Positions 58,413-64,000 of a stretch of 64,000 nt of DNA are shown here, in pieces. A program made the translations under genes and the position numbers. The notes beneath the pieces are model-generated. The model made no database searches, was not told where the DNA came from, and worked only from the letters and a program-made list of their open reading frames with translations. How positions within the stretch are numbered: the first letter of the stretch is position 1; every line of letters starts with the position of its first letter. Source of the stretch: Fidelibacterota bacterium (GTDB lineage: Bacteria; Fidelibacterota; UBA8477; JABMPR01); assembly GCA_021734255.1 (NCBI GenBank), contig JAIPJM010000001.1, positions 105,434 through 169,433 on the forward strand, read 5' to 3'.

Positions 58413-58904
58413 ATGGAAAAACTAGACACGATGTACCAGCAACTTGATGAACAGATCACGTCTTTCATGAGGAGCTATGGGATCACGTTTTTACGGATCA
58501 GCCTGGGCATCATCTTTTTCTGGTTTGGCTTTTTGAAATTCTTCCCGGGCTTGAGTCCGGCTGATCAGATCGCCACCCAAACCATCACCACGCTGACCTT
58601 TGGTCTCATTCAGCCCGATGTGTCCATCATCATTCTGGCTGCCTGGGAAACCTTGATCGGCCTGGGCTTGATCCTGGGCAAGTACCTGAGAGTTATCCTG
58701 TTCCTCTTGTTTGCCCAAATGCTGGGGACCATGACCCCTTTGATCCTGTTTCCAGCAGAGACCTTTACCCGCTTTCCTTATGCACCCACGCTGGAAGGTC
58801 AGTACATCATCAAGAACCTGATCTTGATCAGTGCTGGACTGGTAGTCGGTGCCACAGTCAGAGGCGGCCGCATTACTGAATCCAGGACTGCAGTCGAAGA
58901 ATAA
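58413..58904 (+). CDS. DoxX-like membrane protein
   Basis: LRISLGIIFFWFGFLKFFPG.SPA, PTLEGQYIIKN. Confidence 0.85.
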   Translation: MEKLDTMYQQLDEQITSFMRSYGITFLRISLGIIFFWFGFLKFFPGLSPADQIATQTITTLTFGLIQPDVSIIILAAWETLIGLGLILGKYLRVILFLLFAQMLGTMTPLILFPAETFTRFPYAPTLEGQYIIKNLILISAGLVVGATVRGGRITESRTAVEE

Positions 58905-59318
58905 CGCGTAGCTGAAACCCCTCGCAAAGCCCCGGAGACGCAGAGAGAGAAGCAAGAAGAGGCAGCGCCGTCTTTCTGAGGAGTCCGAGCCAGAATGGCG
59001 GGACGAGCGAAGAATCTCGGACAGTAGCCTGTTGGTAAAATCCTGAAACATTAAAGCTATATGTCAATGAATGATAATCAGAGATCGCGTTACTTCGACG
59101 TCGCTCGGCACAGGCTTCATTGCATTCCTCGCCCGTCTGCTCCACCCGCCGCCGTTGGCCACCGTCACATGCGGGGTTCCGGGGTTCAGCTTCGCCGGGC
59201 AGGCAAAGACGGTAACGGATTTCTGCTCATTATGGCTTCGTATCCAGGGTCGATAATGCTAGTTTATCAGGCGTTTAACTACCCGGAAAGAAAAGTTTTA
59301 GACTGAAAGGAATAAAAA

Positions 59319-61406
59319 ATGAAACAGAGTTTAATGCTGGTAAGCGTTCTATTGTTGATTGGATGTCTACCCCTGCAACAGGCCATGGACACAGCGCCAG
59401 CTGGCGAAATGACGGACAACCCCTTTATCCACGGATTCAATGAGATCATTCCCTTCGCAGAGGTCAGGGCTGAGGATATTCCTGAAGCAACCGATCTCAC
59501 CCTGGAAAAAGCCCAGGGCATGCTGGATGATATTATTGCCATCAAGGATGGTGATCACACCTTTGCGAACACCATCGTCGCCATTGACGACATTAGCTAT
59601 GAACTGGCCAAGGTCTGGTACCCGGTCTACCTCATGGGCTCTGTTCACCCGGAAGAAGCGGTCAGGAATAATGCAGATTCTGCTGTCCTGAAGTTCTCGG
59701 CCTGGGAAACCGACTTTAGTCTAAATGAAGACCTGTTCAACGCCGTCGAGACATTTGCCACAACCGAAGCAGCAAAAGTACTCACCGGCGAAGACAAGGT
59801 CCTTTTTGATGACACCTATGAAGGGTTCCTGCGTCAGGGTTTTGGTCTCCCCAAAGAGAAGCGGGACGAGATCAAAAAGGTCCGCAACGAACTGAGCAAG
59901 ATCGGTCAGGATTTCAGTAACAATATTTCCAACTACACGGATACCCTGGTGGTTACCGAAGCTCAGATGGACGGGACACCGCAGTGGTATAAAGACGCCT
60001 ATCGTCATGGAGACGTATACAAGATCGACATCTCTTACCCGGCGCGACGGACCTTCATGCAGCTGTCCACCGATGCAGACGCCCGCAAGGCACTGAGTGA
60101 AAAGTTTCTGAACCGCGCTGCTGACTCCAATGTGGAGCTTATTCCCACGATGGTAGAAACCCGCCACAAACTGGCCCGTATCTTGGGCTATGATTCTTAT
60201 GCTGATTATCTGCTGGAGGAAAGGATGCCCAAGAATCCAGAGACGGTCTGGACATTCGAAAAAGAATTGAACGCGGCCCTGAAAGAGAAACTCATGGCAG
60301 AGAAACAGGAATTGCTGGAGCTAAAGTCAAGATTATCAGGTAAAAAAGAAAAAGAGGTCAATTACTGGGAACTCCACTTCCTGGAGAACATCGTCGGTGA
60401 GGAAAAGTATAGCCTGAACGAAGAAGAAATTGCCGAGTATTTCGAATTGACAGCTGTCCGTGATGGCTTTTTCGCCATTACCCAGAAGGTGTTTGGTTTG
60501 AACTTTAAACAGATCGAGAACCCCAGTGTCTGGCACGAGGATGTCACCATGTATGAGGTCTTCGATTCAGCATCAGGTAAACGCCTGGGATATTTCTACC
60601 TGGATCTTTTTCCACGGGAGAATAAATACAACCACGCCGCCCATTTTGGCATCAATAAAGGCAAGCAGACCAAAGATGGTTACCAGTATCCCGTTGCCAG
60701 TCTGGTCTGTAATTTCACCAAACCAGAGGGTGATAAACCATCTCTGTTAAAGCACAAATCAGAAGTTGCCACTTTCTTCCATGAGTTCGGTCACCTGATC
60801 CATGGCATGGTCACTACGGCTAAATATTTTGCCCACTCCGGCACCAGTGTGGACCGCGATTTCGTGGAAGCGCCATCACAGATCTTTGAGAACTGGGTCT
60901 GGGACAAGGAATCCCTGCAGATCTTCGCCAAACATTATGAGACCGGCGAGGCGATCCCGGACGCGCTCCTGGAAAGTATGTTGGCAGCCAAGAATATGAC
61001 CAGTGGTGGTGATATGGCTTTCCAGGTATTTCTGGGAACCCAGGATCTGACCCTGTATGACACCTGGGGTAAAGAGGATACTGGCGAGAGCCTGCTGGAA
61101 ATGTCACGCCGGGTTCATAAGGACATTCTGTACTGGAATGAAACCCCGAATACGGCCCGGATTGCATCGTTCGGTCACCTGAATGGTTACGCTGCCAGTT
61201 ACTATGGTTATGCCTGGGCGGAGGTCTTTGCCCAGGATATGTTCTCCGTCTTTGAACGGGATGGTGTGCTGAATCCAGAGGTCGGTATGCGTTTCCGGAA
61301 CGACGTGCTGGCTCCTGGCGGCAGTAAAGAAGCCCTGGACCTGGTGGAAGGCTTCCTGGGTAGGAAATCCAATAACGAGGCGTTTAAGAGAAGTCTGGGC
61401 TTGTAA
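59319..61406 (+). CDS. M3A family zinc oligopeptidase (thimet oligopeptidase-like), lipoprotein
   Basis: Lipobox LIGC; FYLDLFPRENKY, FFHEFGHLIH, DFVEAPSQ, YYGYAWAEV, FLGR. Confidence 0.94.
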   Translation: MKQSLMLVSVLLLIGCLPLQQAMDTAPAGEMTDNPFIHGFNEIIPFAEVRAEDIPEATDLTLEKAQGMLDDIIAIKDGDHTFANTIVAIDDISYELAKVWYPVYLMGSVHPEEAVRNNADSAVLKFSAWETDFSLNEDLFNAVETFATTEAAKVLTGEDKVLFDDTYEGFLRQGFGLPKEKRDEIKKVRNELSKIGQDFSNNISNYTDTLVVTEAQMDGTPQWYKDAYRHGDVYKIDISYPARRTFMQLSTDADARKALSEKFLNRAADSNVELIPTMVETRHKLARILGYDSYADYLLEERMPKNPETVWTFEKELNAALKEKLMAEKQELLELKSRLSGKKEKEVNYWELHFLENIVGEEKYSLNEEEIAEYFELTAVRDGFFAITQKVFGLNFKQIENPSVWHEDVTMYEVFDSASGKRLGYFYLDLFPRENKYNHAAHFGINKGKQTKDGYQYPVASLVCNFTKPEGDKPSLLKHKSEVATFFHEFGHLIHGMVTTAKYFAHSGTSVDRDFVEAPSQIFENWVWDKESLQIFAKHYETGEAIPDALLESMLAAKNMTSGGDMAFQVFLGTQDLTLYDTWGKEDTGESLLEMSRRVHKDILYWNETPNTARIASFGHLNGYAASYYGYAWAEVFAQDMFSVFERDGVLNPEVGMRFRNDVLAPGGSKEALDLVEGFLGRKSNNEAFKRSLGL

Positions 61407-61427
61407 CCACATACGCCAAACCCAGTT

Positions 61428-61456
61428 TTGTCATCCCGAGCGGAGTCGAGGGATCT
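61428..61456. repeat. half copy of REP family A
   Basis: TTGTCATCCCGAGCGGAGTCGAGGGATCT. Confidence 0.65.
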
Positions 61457-61568
61457 GGACCGCTAGCCATGATATTGTCGTATGAGTTACCGAGTTTTTG
61501 AGTTTAACGGTGGGTTTTGTCGTACGACAGTAGAGGATTTAGACACACCAGTGTTTGAGGGTGAAGCC

Positions 61569-61606
61569 ACCCCCTCTGTCCTTCGGACATCTCCCCCAAG
61601 GGAGAA
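61569..61606. repeat. double-hairpin REP-like element
   Basis: CCCCCTC-TGTCCTTCGGACA-TCTCCCCCAAGGGAGA. Confidence 0.5.
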
Positions 61607-61657
61607 CTACTCCAAAAGAAGGGTCGTTGCCAGACGTACATTAATGGACAAGAAAAC

Positions 61658-62074
61658 ATGAATACTAAATCATTAGAAAAATATGAAAAAGAGTATGTCG
61701 TTCAGGCCTCTGATATCGATATGCTCGGACATGTAAATAACGTTGTGTATGTACAATGGGTTCAGGATATCGCGACTGAAGCATGGAATGCCACAGCCAC
61801 ACCTGAGCAAAGGGAAAAGCTGTTCTGGGTGGTTGCCAAACATGAGATCGAATACCGCAGACCTGCCTTTGAGAATGAGGTATTAGTGATTCGTACCTGG
61901 GTAGGACGAGCAGGGGAAAAACTGTTCACACGGTTTACCGATGTGGTCCGGAAAAAAGATGGTAAGCTGATCGTAAAGGCACTGACCCACTGGGCGCCTA
62001 TCGACGCCCAGACCCTGCGCCCCATCAAACCCGGTGATGATGTCTATGAGTTGTTTTCTGCACTGATGGAGTAA
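61658..62074 (+). CDS. acyl-CoA thioesterase (hotdog fold)
   Basis: DIDMLGHVNNVVYVQW, HEIEYRRPA, RTWV. Confidence 0.92.
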   Translation: MNTKSLEKYEKEYVVQASDIDMLGHVNNVVYVQWVQDIATEAWNATATPEQREKLFWVVAKHEIEYRRPAFENEVLVIRTWVGRAGEKLFTRFTDVVRKKDGKLIVKALTHWAPIDAQTLRPIKPGDDVYELFSALME

Positions 62075-62133
62075 AATTAGCGGTTATCGCGTTTTGAGTT
62101 GCCAGTTGTTGAGTTTTATGGTGAACGATCAAG

Positions 62134-62197
62134 GCCACAGATGAAACACAGATAAGCCTGGTGGTAGCCTTTAATAACATCTGTGTGTATCTGTGGC
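62134..62197. repeat. palindromic intergenic repeat, family B
   Basis: GCCACAGATGAAACACAGAT...ATCTGTGTGTATCTGTGGC; inverted copy of 40991-41055. Confidence 0.78.
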
Positions 62198-62251
62198 AAA
62201 GAGAAAAAACGAACGACTCATGCATGTTCTTCTAGAAGAGGACAATCATCA

Positions 62252-62611
62252 ATGACACCAAAAGAACTGATCGAAAAGTGGGTGGACGCATTCAACCGCG
62301 GCGATGCAGATGACGTCGCTGCTTTTTATGCTGAGAACGCCATCAATCATCAGGTGGCGGAGACGCCAGTGGAAGGAAAGACCGCCATCCGCAACATGTT
62401 CGCCCACGAGTTTGCCCAGGCTGATATGATCTGCATCATTGAAAACCTTTTTGAAGATGGCGAGTGGGTCATTCTGGAGTGGAAGGACCCTCTGGGTCTC
62501 AGGGGCTGTGGCTTTTTCAAGATACAGAACGAACAGATTGTTTTTCAGCGTGGTTACTGGGACAAGCTATCCTTTTTGCGTATGCATAAGCTTCCGATCC
62601 CAGGCAATTAA
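62252..62611 (+). CDS. NTF2-like/SnoaL-like protein
   Basis: WVDAFN, EWKDPLGLRGCGFF, QRGYWDKLSF; RBS GAGGA. Confidence 0.88.
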   Translation: MTPKELIEKWVDAFNRGDADDVAAFYAENAINHQVAETPVEGKTAIRNMFAHEFAQADMICIIENLFEDGEWVILEWKDPLGLRGCGFFKIQNEQIVFQRGYWDKLSFLRMHKLPIPGN

Positions 62612-62623
62612 AGGGGTTACACC

Positions 62624-63061
62624 ATGGTGAATATGGAGTCCGTCTTTATCGCACAGAAACCGGATGTGATCTGGGAATTCCTGGAGGATGTCAGAAACGA
62701 TGTCGTCTGGAGGCAGGGCATTACAAAAGCTGAGTGGACATCCAAACCTCCTTACGGGGCAGGATCCACAGGCGAACACACCCACAAACAGGTGGGACGC
62801 TTGAAATGGGTCATCACCCAATATGAGCCGGGCAACAGTTTTGAGTTCAAACATATAGAGGGAGCCCTGGCAGGCTCGACGGCCTTCTTTCGGGTACAGC
62901 CGGAGAATGGCGGTAGCCGCGTTGATTTTCAGGCAACCTTCACTGGGCCGCTCAAGTTTCGTTTTATGCTGATCTTCATGGGGGGAATGATGCGCAAGAG
63001 CATGAAGACGGATCTTCAAACCCTCAAGAACCACCTGGAAAAGGAGTCACACCATGAATAA
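62624..63061 (+). CDS. SRPBCC family protein
   Basis: IWEFLEDVRNDVVW...C-terminal helix DLQTLKNHLE. Confidence 0.8.
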   Translation: MVNMESVFIAQKPDVIWEFLEDVRNDVVWRQGITKAEWTSKPPYGAGSTGEHTHKQVGRLKWVITQYEPGNSFEFKHIEGALAGSTAFFRVQPENGGSRVDFQATFTGPLKFRFMLIFMGGMMRKSMKTDLQTLKNHLEKESHHE

Positions 63062-63401
63062 ACATAAACTGTTCCTGCTCAACCCTGGTTTCCATGATGG
63101 CAATGAGGGTCCTTATTTTTGCCCACACAATGCCGCCATGGAAGGCTTGCTGAAATATGTCCCTGAATTGAAAGACCAACTGGAGATTGTGTATGTGGAT
63201 TTTGTGCGCCCCAGACCACCGATCGTTGAAACCCTGGGTGAAGAGAATCAGGACTCGCCGGTCCTGGTTCTGGATGAGGGTACCACACCACCAGACAACG
63301 CCAGACTGAGCGACGAGACTGGTCGGGCTTTCTTTCTGGGAGAGGATGAGATATTCGATTTTCTCCATCAGCACTTTGGAATAATGAAGCCGCACGAGTA
63401 G
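63054..63401 (+). CDS. DUF3088 family protein
   Basis: LFLLNPGF.D...YFCP...EGLL, FVRPR...LGEENQ..PVLVL. Confidence 0.8.
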   Translation: MNKHKLFLLNPGFHDGNEGPYFCPHNAAMEGLLKYVPELKDQLEIVYVDFVRPRPPIVETLGEENQDSPVLVLDEGTTPPDNARLSDETGRAFFLGEDEIFDFLHQHFGIMKPHE

Positions 63402-63459
63402 TTAAAAAGGCAAAATTAAAAGTTACGGTCTTTGCGTGGGGTATAATCAAGGAGAAAAA

Positions 63460-64000
63460 ATGATCAATAAAATAACGGATAAAACACACTTGAATAATGG
63501 GGTAGACATGCCCTGGCTGGGATTTGGTGTTTTTCAGATAAAGGATGGCCAGCCGGTAGAGCAGGCCGTGAAGACCGCCCTGGGTGTGGGATATCGGAGT
63601 ATTGACACAGCGGCCGTATACAAAAACGAACGCGGCGTTGGCAAGGCTATCCGGGAGAGTGGCGTTTCCCGAGATGAAATATTCCTCACCACCAAGCTAT
63701 GGAATGAGGACCAGCGCCAGCATCGGGTACAGGCAGCCTTTGACGAAAGCCTAAAGCGACTGGGGGTAGATTATGTGGACCTCTATCTGGTGCACTGGCC
63801 AGTGAAAGACCATTACCAGAACACCTGGCCTGAGATGGAGCAGATCTATAACAGTGGGCGAGCAAAGGCTATCGGCGTGAGTAATTTCATGGTCCATCAC
63901 CTGGATGATATTCTACCTGGCTGTGACGTTGTGCCGGCTACCAACCAGATCGAGTTTCACCCTCACCTTGTCCAACCGGAGCTGCTAGAACATTGTGAAA
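63460..64000 (+). CDS. aldo/keto reductase (partial, runs off the window)
   Basis: RBS AAGGAG; LNNGVDMPWLGFGVF, GYRSIDTAAVYKNE, TTKLWN, DLYLVHWP, IGVSNF. Confidence 0.93.
   Translation, partial: MINKITDKTHLNNGVDMPWLGFGVFQIKDGQPVEQAVKTALGVGYRSIDTAAVYKNERGVGKAIRESGVSRDEIFLTTKLWNEDQRQHRVQAAFDESLKRLGVDYVDLYLVHWPVKDHYQNTWPEMEQIYNSGRAKAIGVSNFMVHHLDDILPGCDVVPATNQIEFHPHLVQPELLEHCE

Noticed and set aside
1-64000. CRISPR array, tRNA (including tRNA-Sec), rRNA, transposase, integrase or prophage
   Set aside because: No regularly spaced repeats, cloverleaf or such protein motifs were recognised by eye; the Sec machinery, if present, must lie outside this window

Overview
About 64 kb of chromosomal DNA, mostly housekeeping genes, from an approximately 50% GC diderm bacterium. 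The ACIII type, a T9SS-type C-terminal domain and the fused E1 point to the FCB group, possibly Marinimicrobia-like (inference only). Contents in order: an A2-type heme-copper oxidase operon in the order I-III-IV-II-ctaB; a YfiR plus histidine kinase pair; recO; peptide ABC permeases; a TipA/Mta-type MerR gene with a 19-bp-spacer promoter; an alternative complex III operon (actABCDEF); two co-regulated FecR-domain paralogues; queD-yhhQ-folE; an AmgK-RapZ fusion plus a MurU-like gene; a 2-oxoacid dehydrogenase/lipoate cluster interrupted by an arsR-arsM block; ClC, arfB, recG, an ABC exporter and an M3 peptidase. The strongest hidden signal lies just downstream of actF, where the ORF track truncates a gene. 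Read from ATG 22281, it encodes a lipoprotein signal, a thioredoxin fold and a TPR-like region. It has an in-frame TGA (22437) at the first position of the redox motif (W-U-G-S-C), followed immediately by a SECIS-like hairpin, so it is a probable exported selenoprotein. Other notable points are a QueD/PTPS with Asp in place of the catalytic Cys, a probable internal TipAS-like start, a possible ATC start codon, two broken genes and several families of intergenic REP-like palindromes. No CRISPR array, rRNA, tRNA or transposase was recognised.
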